Source: a virus (taxonomy: Duplodnaviria; Caudoviricetes). From it: DNA of 64,000 nt. Below are positions 18,689-30,600 of the stretch, one piece after another. The DNA is taken from IMG/VR virus record IMGVR_UViG_3300014205_000183; one strand, written 5' to 3'. Positions within the stretch are counted from its first letter, which is position 1. Each line of letters opens with the position of its first letter. Below the pieces are notes generated by a model. It saw nothing but the letters and a program-made list of their open reading frames with translations, made no database searches and was not told where the DNA came from. Position numbers and translations under genes: made by a program.

Positions 18689-20776
18689 CTAGTTCTCTCT
18701 AAAATACACAAAACCACTTGGGGTTGTGTCATAGTTTCCATCATAAGAACTCATAAAATGAACCCAACCGTCCTCGCTGATAGCTGCGTCTGCCGCGTCA
18801 CTAACATCAAGACTGACAAGGCCTGACTTAAGAAAGTCTGCTTCGGTATAAATCCCTTGGTCATGTACAAAATACTGCACAGGGTCGGCCAACGCTTCAT
18901 AAACCTCATCGTAAGCCTTCTCTGTCAGCTTTTCTCGCATTGTATCATAATTATATGTTGTCTTAGCTGTCTCCAGGTCAGACTGTAACTCTTCAAGCTG
19001 CGCCGTGAGTGTCTCAATAGTTTCAGGATCTTGCTCATTAGCTAGAATACCTTCAGCAGTTGATATCTGCATTTCCAAGTCAGAAACCCCATCTGCGTCA
19101 TCAACAGGTAGCTCGGAATCCACCTCGCGAGCATATGCTTCTTCAAGCTCACTGTCCCCCATGTCACTGTATCGGTTGTCGGATTCTTCACCTGCAAGAA
19201 TGCGGCGGTCAGTATCCGACATTGTCATATAATTCTGGAGCCAGCTTTGGGTAAACATCTCGGGTTCGTTGTTAAGCATATCTGTCACACGTTCGAGAGC
19301 GACTGCTTCCGCAGCATCTTCGTCTTCAAAAACACGCCAAGTCTTGCTACCTACAGAGACATCAAAACTACCATCTGAGTCTTCATTAACAGCAATATCG
19401 TCAACAGGGATGTCTAAAACAGAAGCCATTTCAGTTTGAACAGTATCCGCATCATACCCTACTGGCATACCTTCTTCAGAAGGCGCATCACCTTCAGCGG
19501 CAGTCTTGCCTAGGTTGTTGATGGCCGCCATTACAGCCATTTCCTCACTACTCTTACGTGTAGCCACTTTACCAATGTTGTTGATAGCAGCCATTACCGC
19601 TGCTTCTTCTGACTTGATATTCTGATTCATTTTTATCTCCTGTTCTTCGTGTGTGGTTGATTCCCGGCCTTTAAGATCATCATCTGCGCCAATACCCATT
19701 TCACGCTCGACTGGGTCTGCCAATTTATTCATAGTATAGTTAAGAGGTACTTTAGCTGGGATTCTATCAGCCACCTTCTTACCGGCGCTGATAGCTTTCC
19801 ATACAAAAGATAGAAGGCGATCAAGAGGGATGGTGTCAAACTTAGCTTGTCCAGCGGGGCTGAGTGCCTCATATACTGTCTTCATTGCTGAAGCTGTATA
19901 AGCATCCAGGGCGGAGCCTTCAAGTTTTTTGAGCTTGCCTTTATCATTATAGATTCCATTTTCAAGCACGTCATAAACGACCTGCATGCGTGTGGACGCC
20001 ACTGGGGCAGCTGCCTCCCCATCTGCGTTTTTAACAACTCCGCAGAACCTCAAAAGGGCTGCGTCAGTCATGAGATTCGGCTGAGCCATGGTAACTCCAT
20101 TATTTGATTGTTTACAACTTAAAGATAACTTATTGTCCGTAATTTCCAACTTAGCTTTTGCTAATTTTTCAAGATGTCCACTTTTACGTAATGCTTTAAA
20201 AACCTGATTACCAACAGAGTACTCTCCACCGACTGATAAACCTTCGGAACGTTGCTGCCGCAGCTTATTGCTAATGACTTCTAATTTCTCTACATCTGCA
20301 CCAGCAACAGCCTGGTCAATATCAAACATTAGCTGTTCTGCTTTTTTGTTAACAGTCGCGGTATCAATTACAGGAGTAGATTTCACAGGTAACTTTACCC
20401 ACTCATTATGCAGCAGGCTGTAAATGCCCGGAGCATAGTGTGGTTCAGCGGCGTCCTGTGCATATAACTCCACTGGCTGACCTTTTACAAATATGTGGTG
20501 CTGGTCATTCCACAATGCCTTCTTGGCCAGCATGTAATTCTTAATCATACGTTGATCCGCACCTAGTGCATTGAAATCAAATACTACATGCAGGTCAATG
20601 TCGGAAGCAGGCGTCCAATTGTAGCCCGCCATAGAACCAGTCAGAATAATATCAGTTGGTTCTTCAGCAATATCCAGCGATAACCAAAATCTATTGGCGA
20701 TAGCCAATAGTCGCTGCTGCACTTCAGGCAGCAGCGTAATCCCCTGCCAAATGCGCTGGTTAAGTTGGTCTTGCAT
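18689..20776 (-). CDS. Pol-beta-superfamily nucleotidyltransferase fused to acidic modules
   Basis: DIILTGS..GYNW...SDIDLH and VELYAQD in the first ~220 aa; C-terminal part has KKVAD and GKTAA linkers. Confidence 0.8.
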   Translation of the reverse strand: MQDQLNQRIWQGITLLPEVQQRLLAIANRFWLSLDIAEEPTDIILTGSMAGYNWTPASDIDLHVVFDFNALGADQRMIKNYMLAKKALWNDQHHIFVKGQPVELYAQDAAEPHYAPGIYSLLHNEWVKLPVKSTPVIDTATVNKKAEQLMFDIDQAVAGADVEKLEVISNKLRQQRSEGLSVGGEYSVGNQVFKALRKSGHLEKLAKAKLEITDNKLSLSCKQSNNGVTMAQPNLMTDAALLRFCGVVKNADGEAAAPVASTRMQVVYDVLENGIYNDKGKLKKLEGSALDAYTASAMKTVYEALSPAGQAKFDTIPLDRLLSFVWKAISAGKKVADRIPAKVPLNYTMNKLADPVEREMGIGADDDLKGRESTTHEEQEIKMNQNIKSEEAAVMAAINNIGKVATRKSSEEMAVMAAINNLGKTAAEGDAPSEEGMPVGYDADTVQTEMASVLDIPVDDIAVNEDSDGSFDVSVGSKTWRVFEDEDAAEAVALERVTDMLNNEPEMFTQSWLQNYMTMSDTDRRILAGEESDNRYSDMGDSELEEAYAREVDSELPVDDADGVSDLEMQISTAEGILANEQDPETIETLTAQLEELQSDLETAKTTYNYDTMREKLTEKAYDEVYEALADPVQYFVHDQGIYTEADFLKSGLVSLDVSDAADAAISEDGWVHFMSSYDGNYDTTPSGFVYFREN

Positions 20777-23437
20777 TTAGTTGAGCATATCCTTTTTAGC
20801 ATGACGAGTAATGTATGCGACCAATGCACGGCGGTCATCATTATGCCAAGCTGTTGCCATTCCAGATAGTGCTGCCTGTTTAGGCATACCCCAAACATCT
20901 TCAGCAAAACCCGCAAAGTCTTTCAGAGAGGCAAAAGAGGTGGCCTTACCAGTTAGATATTCATCCACTATAACGCCTGCAACGGTCTCATTAACGCCCG
21001 TGAAGTTACGACCACCATCAAGCAGGTCATAAGCACTACCATCATCACCTTCACCACCCACAGCACTAGCGAGTGTTTCTGTATTGGCCAGAAGAGAGCT
21101 GATAGCACTGATGCGGCTGCCGAACAAACCTTCGACCTCTTGTTCGACGGGTTCTTCTTCAGCCACAAAATCTTCAACCGGGTCAGATTCCTCTGTAGGT
21201 TCTTTATAGTCTTTAAGTTTGAGTATCAGATCGACAATCTCACTGGCTTTTTCACCTGTGGTCTGGTCTGGTGCAGTACCTACCAATGCCGTTACCTGGA
21301 CGCGGTCATTTTCTGTCCAAATTTCTGCCAGAGGTTTATACTCTTTAGTCATTACTATGTAAGACCCATCCTCATATTCGACATGTAGTTCAGTCGGATG
21401 CTCAGCCTCTATATAGGTGAGAACCTCATCGATTACTCTATCTGCATCATTATTATCGACGTTAGAATCCATGAAGTGTCCTAGAGGAGTCTCATGTGTC
21501 GGGTTACCAAATGTGGTTGGATTAGCATCAGGTGCTTCTTTGGAATTAGCAGGCTCATCTTGTCCAGCTGTTTTAGAAGCGTCAACTGAGATACCCATAT
21601 CATCAGGGCTTTCGTAACTTGCACCACTCCATGTAACTCCTTGTTCAGCGGCAAGCTCTTTACCCGTGATTTCGCAAAATTCTCTCATTCGATCTTTACC
21701 AACACCTTCTTCTGCGGAAACAAAAGTCTGTGACTCAGCAGGACTATTACCCCCTGTATACAGCGGTGCCTCGCCACCAGTTTCCCAAATCTCATACTGC
21801 AATTCATTATAAACTCCGTATAAAGAGTTAGTATCTTGTCCAGCTGTTTTTGTTGTGGTTTTAAATTGAAGAACAAATTCTTCAATGAATTTTTCTGCAT
21901 CAGCTGGAGACGCTATCTCCGCGTATTTAGCTTCTGCGGAGTCAAACCATTCAGTTACCATTTGATATACTTCAAATTTACCTTTAACCTCAGAATCTGT
22001 GCTCAATTTATTAATCAAGTCACTCCGGGATGCGGCACCCTCATTGTTAACAAGTTGGCCAGCAATCCAGTAAGTTATTTCTGGTACAGTATTGTCGTCT
22101 TGACTGGCTGTCTTTGTTGTGTCAGAGGGGTTATTAAATTGTTTTGCAATAGCTTCCTCGGCTACAGCCAAATTTGCCCAATCATCAACAGTCATCACTA
22201 ATTTCTTAGCAATATGTTTCAGTTTCTTGGCTGTCGCAGGATCTACCTCGTCAAGACCAACATCGTACTTATGAAGAATACCCTCGACGGCTACTGCACC
22301 CTCATAACGGTCAGCATGTTGTTTCTCAAAGCCTTTGTTATATTTGCCAGCTTTGACAGCGGCAGTTGTTGATTCCTCATCGAGACCAACATCATCTTTT
22401 CCATACATGGCAATGTAGACAGAAAATTCAGAATTCTGCTCCTCAAACCAATGCCATATTTCTTCCCGATTAGTCCCAACTTCAAAATCTAAAAACGGCA
22501 CTTCAATGTTATCATCTTCATCAGTAGGAATATCACCCAGCTCAATCCAAAGTTGTTCCAGCTCTTCCATAGATTTGCCAGCCGTTTTCTTTGCTGCACT
22601 AACCGCGGGAACATCCGCTACTGGTGCTTTAGGTGCTTTCTTTTCCAGTTTCTGCATGCCGTAAACATAAGCATCGTTTAGTAAAGCAGCCAACCCTGCA
22701 TCATCCCAACGTTCAGTGCTACCATGGTTACCCGTCTCTAATTCAACCAGATCACCATTTGACTTATTAAAAGAAGCGAAATAACCACTGGTAGGCCAGT
22801 GGAGGCCAGGCCAACGCTGTGCCCAATTGCGTATTTGATTGCTGGTAAGCCGAACACCAACCTCGGAACCCTTATCATAAATGCGAGCACCTGAAAGAGC
22901 AGCAGCGCCAGCAGGATCACCCTCTCCAGTTGCTGTTTTCTTGGATGCTCCTTTACCGGCAGGTGCAGATTCTTCCTCCTCTGGAACAGCGTCTTCATCA
23001 GCAACTCCTTCAGTGCCTTCTGGTTTGGTTGGGGCTTGTGGTGTAGGAGTGACGGGTTTAGTACCTGTGCCACTGGCATCACCAGAAGTAGCGCCCACGT
23101 CTGCGGGTGCGGGTTCAAGCGCGATATAATATTCCCCCTTCTCTAAATCAGTAGGGTAAACTACAAACTCTTCATCTGCGGGCTTAGATTTTTCATTTGG
23201 GTTTTCAGGTGATACAAAAATACCATAGAACTTATCCTGGAAAGTTTGGGTAACCTTGACCAGGTTGATGGCTTTAAATAAGATACTCTCATGGACAAGC
23301 AGCTGCCCTGGCTGGACTTCGTCTATACTCGTCATAACCTTACCTCTACGGTAGTTACCAGTGCCAGTACCTGCGGCTGTGCGCTTAAAGATACCACCAC
23401 GAGTCTGGATGCGTTTTGTGTTCAATATGTGAGCCAT
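20777..23437 (-). CDS. modular acidic putative internal head polyprotein
   Basis: 886 aa; KRTAA, ASKKTAT, AKKTAG, TKTAS, TKTAG and ASKTAG linkers. Confidence 0.7.
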   Translation of the reverse strand: MAHILNTKRIQTRGGIFKRTAAGTGTGNYRRGKVMTSIDEVQPGQLLVHESILFKAINLVKVTQTFQDKFYGIFVSPENPNEKSKPADEEFVVYPTDLEKGEYYIALEPAPADVGATSGDASGTGTKPVTPTPQAPTKPEGTEGVADEDAVPEEEESAPAGKGASKKTATGEGDPAGAAALSGARIYDKGSEVGVRLTSNQIRNWAQRWPGLHWPTSGYFASFNKSNGDLVELETGNHGSTERWDDAGLAALLNDAYVYGMQKLEKKAPKAPVADVPAVSAAKKTAGKSMEELEQLWIELGDIPTDEDDNIEVPFLDFEVGTNREEIWHWFEEQNSEFSVYIAMYGKDDVGLDEESTTAAVKAGKYNKGFEKQHADRYEGAVAVEGILHKYDVGLDEVDPATAKKLKHIAKKLVMTVDDWANLAVAEEAIAKQFNNPSDTTKTASQDDNTVPEITYWIAGQLVNNEGAASRSDLINKLSTDSEVKGKFEVYQMVTEWFDSAEAKYAEIASPADAEKFIEEFVLQFKTTTKTAGQDTNSLYGVYNELQYEIWETGGEAPLYTGGNSPAESQTFVSAEEGVGKDRMREFCEITGKELAAEQGVTWSGASYESPDDMGISVDASKTAGQDEPANSKEAPDANPTTFGNPTHETPLGHFMDSNVDNNDADRVIDEVLTYIEAEHPTELHVEYEDGSYIVMTKEYKPLAEIWTENDRVQVTALVGTAPDQTTGEKASEIVDLILKLKDYKEPTEESDPVEDFVAEEEPVEQEVEGLFGSRISAISSLLANTETLASAVGGEGDDGSAYDLLDGGRNFTGVNETVAGVIVDEYLTGKATSFASLKDFAGFAEDVWGMPKQAALSGMATAWHNDDRRALVAYITRHAKKDMLN

Positions 23438-23481
23438 CGATTAATCTCCTTCTGATACGATTTAACTATCCAGCACTATAA

Positions 23482-24405
23482 TTACTCTTGTGTTGTAAAT
23501 AAATTTGTTTGACCTTGTTCTTCTCGATACTGACGATCAGCTGCATAAATACTATCCATAAAATCGTCAGAAGGTAAAGAGTCAGAGTTGTTCAGCAGCA
23601 TGCCGTATTCAACTAAAAGGGAAAGCTCTTTTGCTGCTTGAGCAGTATCAGCTTTTGAATCACCTGTGGCTTCATACCCCAAAAGTATATACCCTTGGTC
23701 TTCAGACGGTGTGCCTGTTAAGGTAAGCAAAAAGGTATCAAAAGCATCTGAAGAATAAAGTACCCAGTCTTTATTGTCCATAGCGCCGTAACCACGGCCA
23801 ATACGTATCAACATTCCCTCATTGGTCTCAATATATTCTAAACCATCATTACCTTGGAATTCGCCACTCTGGTAAGGACCCACACCACCCGTGCCCAAGT
23901 AATCTCCCAGTTCAATACCAGCCGCCACAAGTGCTGCTTCTGTTTCTTCTTGCGAAAACTCATCATTCTCTTCCCGTAGTTGTGCATTAAGCTGTGTAAG
24001 CCAATCTGGAGATGATGGCTCTCCGCATAACAGTGTTAAAAGATTGTAGGTGTCAAACGAATTGTAAGCACTTACACTTGCGGGTTCTACAACACCATCT
24101 TGTGCACGGAATTCAACACTGGTACTATCTGGCTCATATGACCCTAGACCCGGTTTATAGTCGCTACTGAAACGACCAGAACCATCTTCAAAATCAATAT
24201 GCCCATCCAGGTCATCTATAGCGGCGACGGAATCTCCACCCCACAACGCCTTAACAACCGCTAGACCGTCAATAACTGTTTTAGCAACAGTCATGTCTGC
24301 TTCAGATAGAGCAGCTGTACGGCTCATGAACATACCTTCTCTAAGCGGCGCTGCCGCAGCAAGATAAGCTGCTCGGCTGGATATAATCTTATCATGTGTT
24401 TTCAT
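23482..24405 (-). CDS. acidic protein with basic leader ending in SRTAA
   Basis: GAGGA before MKTHDK (24405); highly acidic body. Confidence 0.65.
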   Translation of the reverse strand: MKTHDKIISSRAAYLAAAAPLREGMFMSRTAALSEADMTVAKTVIDGLAVVKALWGGDSVAAIDDLDGHIDFEDGSGRFSSDYKPGLGSYEPDSTSVEFRAQDGVVEPASVSAYNSFDTYNLLTLLCGEPSSPDWLTQLNAQLREENDEFSQEETEAALVAAGIELGDYLGTGGVGPYQSGEFQGNDGLEYIETNEGMLIRIGRGYGAMDNKDWVLYSSDAFDTFLLTLTGTPSEDQGYILLGYEATGDSKADTAQAAKELSLLVEYGMLLNNSDSLPSDDFMDSIYAADRQYREEQGQTNLFTTQE

Positions 24406-24422
24406 GCAATTCCTCAATTTAA

Positions 24423-24677
24423 TTAATAGTGTTGATTCGGTACTGCCTTCGGCTGAACACATAGCGCGGCTTTAATTACCCTAATAGCTGACTTAGCTTC
24501 AAGATTCTCATTCATAGCGTTCCACAAGATGCCGACTATTTTCAGCATGACATCCGGTGCCGCACCTATCGGGAGGTGTTCTGCAAGATAAGGTGTTTCC
24601 CGCAAAAACGTCCCCACCAGTTCTTGTAATTCAGATGACACTTGATTTTTATCAAGATCTGATTTGCGAGTCTGCAT
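24423..24677 (-). CDS. hypothetical protein
   Basis: 84-aa ORF coupled to the upstream stop; AAGGAG RBS. Confidence 0.55.
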   Translation of the reverse strand: MQTRKSDLDKNQVSSELQELVGTFLRETPYLAEHLPIGAAPDVMLKIVGILWNAMNENLEAKSAIRVIKAALCVQPKAVPNQHY

Positions 24678-27600
24678 TACCTAGCTCCTTTTTTCTTAGA
24701 AGCCTGTGCTGCGCCAGAAACTACGTCAAAGAATTCTGGGCTGTATTGCTCATCACGCTCGTCGCCGTCTTCGTCCTTAAATGTAATGATATATATCAGT
24801 TCACTGCCGTTATAGCTATGGTCGGATATCTCACCTTCTTTACCAATATCCTGGTTTCCCCATCCAAAATCAGATTGCGCATTAGGCTTTACTTTTGTAC
24901 CATTGGCTAAGACTTTGTAGGGACGCAGGGTTCTGAATTCACCCATAGGAGCGTCATGGTGACTGATTTTGACTTCGATAACACCACCAGGGAATTCCCG
25001 AGCGTCAAAAGAAAAATCCTGAGTACCCGGGAACATCTTGAAGAAATCATCGGAACCTTCGATCTTCATGACGGCATCGCCGGACCGCTGCTGCCAGCCC
25101 ATAGCCCGTCCTTCAACTTCCCAAAGACCTTCATTTTCGAATTGCTCATTAAGGCGAGAAAAAGCCTCATCAAGATCGATCTTCGTGTCATCAAGAGCTA
25201 TTTGGTATGCATCAATGTCATCTTCGGCCAACTCTTTGGCCTTGGCTTCAATGTCCTCGTCTGACGCCCCGGCTTCCATGTCATACTGTTCCGGGTCTTC
25301 TTTTATCAGTTCCTGAAAAAATTCGACTTGGCTCGTATATACGTCGGAATCACTGTATGAGGCAAGGAACTGGCCCTGGTCTTCAGCCGCCTGTTTCTTC
25401 TTACTTTTTAGCGGGCGTTTGGTGCTGACGGCCGTGCGATGACCATTCTTCGACGCAACCATGCTTGGCGCACCCGCGAAGGTACCCAAAATCATAGCAA
25501 CTGAATCGATAGTCGCGGCATCTGCACCTTGCAGCTCCGCTTCAACAGTACCATATACATCCTGCTCAATTCCCTCATCACCTGCAAGCATAGCCAAGAG
25601 GCCCGCGGCTGAATCAGCGGCCGTGGGGTCGTTACCGTACCGGCTATCCCGCATTAGGATATTCAAAATCCGACCATATAAGGCATCTTTTGAATTAGCA
25701 CGTTTATTGGCGGAACCCGCACGTGCTACCGTTGGCCGAAGTGACCTCCGGGTTGCTTGCTTACGGGAAGTCTTGGCGGCTTCTTTATTTGTGGTGTCCT
25801 CACCAAAAGCCTCTAAGACAAAGTTGTAATTGGTTGGTGCACCATGATTCTCAGCAAAAGTACCCCAATTGCCCTGACTGATAGCATCTATGGCACCTTC
25901 AGCAAGATCAACTGCTCGTGCAGCTTTCAATGCTTGTTCCCGCGAATCAACCTGTAAACCAAATTCGGCTAGACCCTCTTCATTACTGAAGTTAATCACT
26001 GTACCAAATTTACCAAATGTCTTAACAGCAACATCCTCTGTCATATCAGGGGATGCCTCTAGCAGAATAATGCCAAGAGTGTACGGTGCAGCAGCAGTCT
26101 TCTTGGAGGCCTCAACACCAACAATCGGAACATAGCTATCGGGGTTAGCCGCACGGTCTGCTTTCAGCATATCCACTATGCCCTTGATTGATTTCTCACC
26201 TCGCAAGGTATTCATGCGAGGCTTACCATTCATCAAAATGTTTGCTTTCTCTTCTTCTGGCAAATCACTGTGAATGATGGCCGACACACCCATGATTGAT
26301 TTATTCCCATTCGTGGTTGGTAGCTTATTTTGCCCACCCATGATATCAGCGAGGATACCAGCAGTCTTCTTACTGGACTCAACTTTCACCCCTGCGGTGT
26401 CCACGTCAAGTATTTGCGCAACGGCCATAGCGTCATCCCGCATAGCCAAGAATCCCTCTCTACCTTCGGGTGTAGATGTATCCCACGTACCATCCATACC
26501 CTCGGTACAAGAATTTTTAAGGCCATTGATTAAACTTAAAGCGGTCTCATCAGTTTCAGCAAATTTCTCAATGCCTTCTAATAAGGTATACATATCTAAA
26601 AAACCATCTCGACCTGCATCTGAAGAAGTATCCCACTCGCCTGTGTAACCCTCAACACAGGAGTTGATGAAGGCTACTAAGTCAGACTTGAGGTCAGATG
26701 TTCCCTCCGCAGCAGTTTTCACCGCTTTGCGCGTCTTTAAACCCGCGTCTGTCTGAAAATCAGGTTCATCTCCTTCGGTGGAGTCATCAGAATCCCAACC
26801 GTAAAACAATTCATAAGAGCCATCATTTTCATTATGTCCAAAATAAAAGCTACCATTATCATAAGGTGCAGCAACTTTCTCGCTGCGGTTCAGCTGGTCT
26901 GCCAGTTTGTTCGCAACACTATCAATAGTATCCCATGAAAGTTCGTCCCCGATAATCAAGTCTTCATCTTCCGTTCCTAATGCGGAAGGAGACTTAGCAG
27001 TGCTGCCCGCAGCCTTAAGTTCGGCAACCAACTCATCAAAAATACCAAAAAACTTGGCTACCTGGACTGGCTGGTAAATGCCATTAGCACCACTAGATAT
27101 GGTATCAACTATAATTTCATAACGACCCGGTTCCCGCTCCAGGTCAGATAAGTTGTAAGACTTTATCTGCTTGAGTGTCTCTTCGCCTAAACCTGGTTTG
27201 TACATTTTAGAAATATCAACATCGTAAGCAGCTTTCACAGCCTTAGAGCTGCGGGTTTTGCTTTGGCCGCCTTTGGGTTTAAAACCGGCGGAGCTGATGG
27301 CGTTGATAAGTTCGGAAGCATCTACATCTTCGCCTTTTACCGTGATCTCACCACCAAGTTCAGGATTACGTTCGCCAATCAGTATATAATGACTGGTTTC
27401 AGAACCTTTCTCATATATGAATGTAGTTGGTGCAACATCCTCATCTTTTGGTAAATCAGATTTCTTCGGATTTTGAATCTCTTCTGTAGACCCATCTGCC
27501 AAAGTCAACACCAAAGTGCATTCCTCAAACACATGATCTGCTGGGAGTTGAAAATAATCTCCAGGAGTGGCGGAGAGAGTATCGCCGTCGGGAGAGATTA

Positions 27601-30600
27601 ACTTAACTCGGCGATATTTCTTGGTCTCCGGTTTGTCTGTTCGGGTTCCGCTGGTGAACACCTCGTCAATCCAGAATTTGTCAACACCAGGGACATTCAG
27701 GTACACCCCTTGATATTTGTCAAATTCCTTGTGTGTCGCGCCGGTGAATCCGGCGTCGGTCAGTTGTTCAACAACTTTGTCGTACATCTCAATATCATAA
27801 TCCTGATCGGCTTCGCCCGTGGCTTTCACATCTTTACCAGCCTTGATTATGCGACGGTCAAACTTGGCTTTTAAAGCCCGGAGTTTAGAGCCATGTTTAT
27901 TAGGATCACGTTCGCCCGGAGCATGAAACATATCAAGCTGCCCCTGGTCTTCACGAACTTGGTGCATGTCAACGCCTGCATCTTCTGGACTACCGATGGC
28001 GCCATCGTTGCTCTTTACGTCCTCAATAAAGCTATCGCGCTCAAGTCCCTGGGGAACCATGAACGCCAGGTTAGAAAAAATACCGGCCAAACTGTCAGCC
28101 GTGCCGTTAAGGCGGCCTTCGTTGCTGTAGTATGGAATATCGCTATCCTGCTCAGCCCAGAAGCCAAAGCTACTACCGTCATCGAAATTCACGGTAAACG
28201 TGATGCTGCCACTGATAAGTTCCATAAAGGACTGACCAAATCTATCAAAGGCCGCATCTTCCGACTCATTGTTATCCTGGTTAAAGAAATAAGTAAGACC
28301 ATAGTTACCACGGACATCGCCACCCTGGTGAACCAGCGCATAACCGTACCACAGTTCATCGTTGCCCTGACAAACACCAAATTGACAAGTAGGTCCAAGG
28401 TACGACCAGTTATAAGTGTTTTCGCTCTTGCCCCTGATTTCTGGCCAGCCGTTACTGGCCACCAGATTGAGTTTCTTGGCCTTGGCCGAACCTTCTTTAA
28501 AGTCCGCTTGCTGGGCAATCATGTTCTCAAACTCTTTTTTAGCCTCTTCCCAGTTGTCCAGGTCAAGGGTTATTCCGGCTTCACTGAGAGTCATAATCTG
28601 GGATGTGCTTTCCACGTGCTCGGCCCAGGTTCCAAGGTCTTCGCCATCGGCCTTTACTTTCTTGGAACTATGTACATATTTACTATCCAAGTTGGCCAGG
28701 AACTCATCAACCTTAGATTCCAGTGTTGCCATGTCGTTAAATGCAAACTCTTCTTCCTTGATAATATTCTCACCGGATTCATGGTGGTATCCAAAGTCTG
28801 TATTCACGGCGTATCGCATGTACAGTGAGTGTGTGTCTGGATTATCACTGTGACCATTGCCCGGAGCATAATACTGAGCTTTTATGATGAACATAACAGT
28901 ATCTTCGCCGTCGCCGCGCTCCATCTCTGACAACTCTTCTGCTTCAGAGGAGTACCCCGCGTTATACAACTCATTGTAGTAAATGTTCTCTACCCCTAGT
29001 TTTTCTACAAGCTCAGGATATTTTTTAATAAATTCTTCCTTAGCATATGTGTAGTTTGACTCCTGGGCTGCGTCAATATCCTTCTGTGCTTCCACATTAG
29101 GAACAGTTGTTCCTGACCCTGTAAGATATTCTACAGTAGTAAAACCATCAACCTGCACACCACCATCTGTAAACGGAATAAAACCATCACGACTTGCGTG
29201 CTCTATTTCTTTAGTCTCGACCTCACCAGCGTTAGTAAGTTCATAGTCGTCCGCGATCGTGTTGAATGCATCAAGCAGTTTCTCATCCAGCATATCCTTG
29301 ATGGCATCATAAGAAACATCACTATCACCGGTATCGTCAGCGGTTTCAGAATCATCAGCCGCTTTGACAGCCTTTGACCCTGTCTTGACTTCATCGTTGC
29401 CAGAAGTAAAGATGGTCTCACCTTTCTCGAGCAACTCTTCCATGGCGTTGCTTACTGCGTAGTTCGGATACCACCAAACCTTACCCTCGGAGGAGATATT
29501 TCCTTCATCATCCGGCAGCATATCATATCCAATAATAGGAGCGGAAGTCAGGGCACCAATGTCCTCCGGTTGTACCATACCCCAAGAACTGTTAGCAAAA
29601 ATGTCTTCAAGTAAATCGGGCATGATATAATTCTCATCCTTGCTTTTTTCAAGCATGGCCGGAAGTTCTTCACGACCAAGGTCTGTAACCTTTATGGAGA
29701 GATCACCGTTAGGTAGTTCTGTAAGAGATGCGTATGTACCTTCTTCAGATAATGCAGCAGTTTTCTTAGAAGCACTAACTTCATTTTTCTGGTCTGCATC
29801 AGCACCGATGGGTGTCTGTCCAGCAAGCGGGAGAATCTCAGCTGTTTTCGCAGCGGCTGTCTTATTATTATCGCAGGCCTCAACAACAGCATTAACAGTA
29901 GCTTCATCAGCATTCTGTAATAAAGACCCAACTAAATCAGTCAGCTCCTGTTCCCCATCCCATTCCTCAAGAGCGTATCCGATTTCAGCAGCTATATTGC
30001 CGCTAGTGCCTTGATCTTTGTAATAGGAATCCTTATTAAGGATAGTCTTGATGGTGTCAACAACGGGCAGCTGCGAGGCGGTTTTCTTATCTGTATCAAC
30101 TTCCGCATCTGCATCTTTAACCATATCAGAGGCTGTAACACCTCTCAGTAGATTGTTTACATCACGGTCTGCATGAACGGCACTGCCGACGCGCTGCTTA
30201 GCGGCTTTGTGACGGAACATGTCATCCTCAGCCAGACTACCGAGGTGTGCCTGAAGGCCTTCGGCGGACATGGGGAACTTCTGACCTGTGCTGATGATGA
30301 ATTCTTTTCCAATATCAATTGACCCGTTAACGAGTGTTAACGGAATAGTGATGTTGCTTGTACGTTTGTAGCTTGGGCTAGCAACTCGACAATTCCACTC
30401 CACAGAACCTGCTGTAGCCTGTCCCTCGCCATCAATTGCACTAACAGTAACCTTGTTAAGACTGGAGCGGTCCAAATAAGCAGCACCTTTCACTGTCTTC
30501 ATAAAATCACTGATAACACCTGCGGAGGCGTTCAAAATACTGTCATAGTTTGCAAGGTTTCCCAGTACAGGAGCCTGGTCTTTAACGACGCCAACCGGGT

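Noticed and set aside
20774-20779. Stop read-through fusing the 886-aa and 695-aa ORFs (in-frame TAA ATG)
   Set aside because: The same abutting stop/start arrangement occurs at 35545/35546 and 46325/46326 between unrelated genes, so it is ordinary tight packing.
27893-28853. Long plus-strand ORFs (311 aa and others) opposite the giant genes
   Set aside because: Antisense shadows of codon-biased minus-strand genes, with no RBS or domains.
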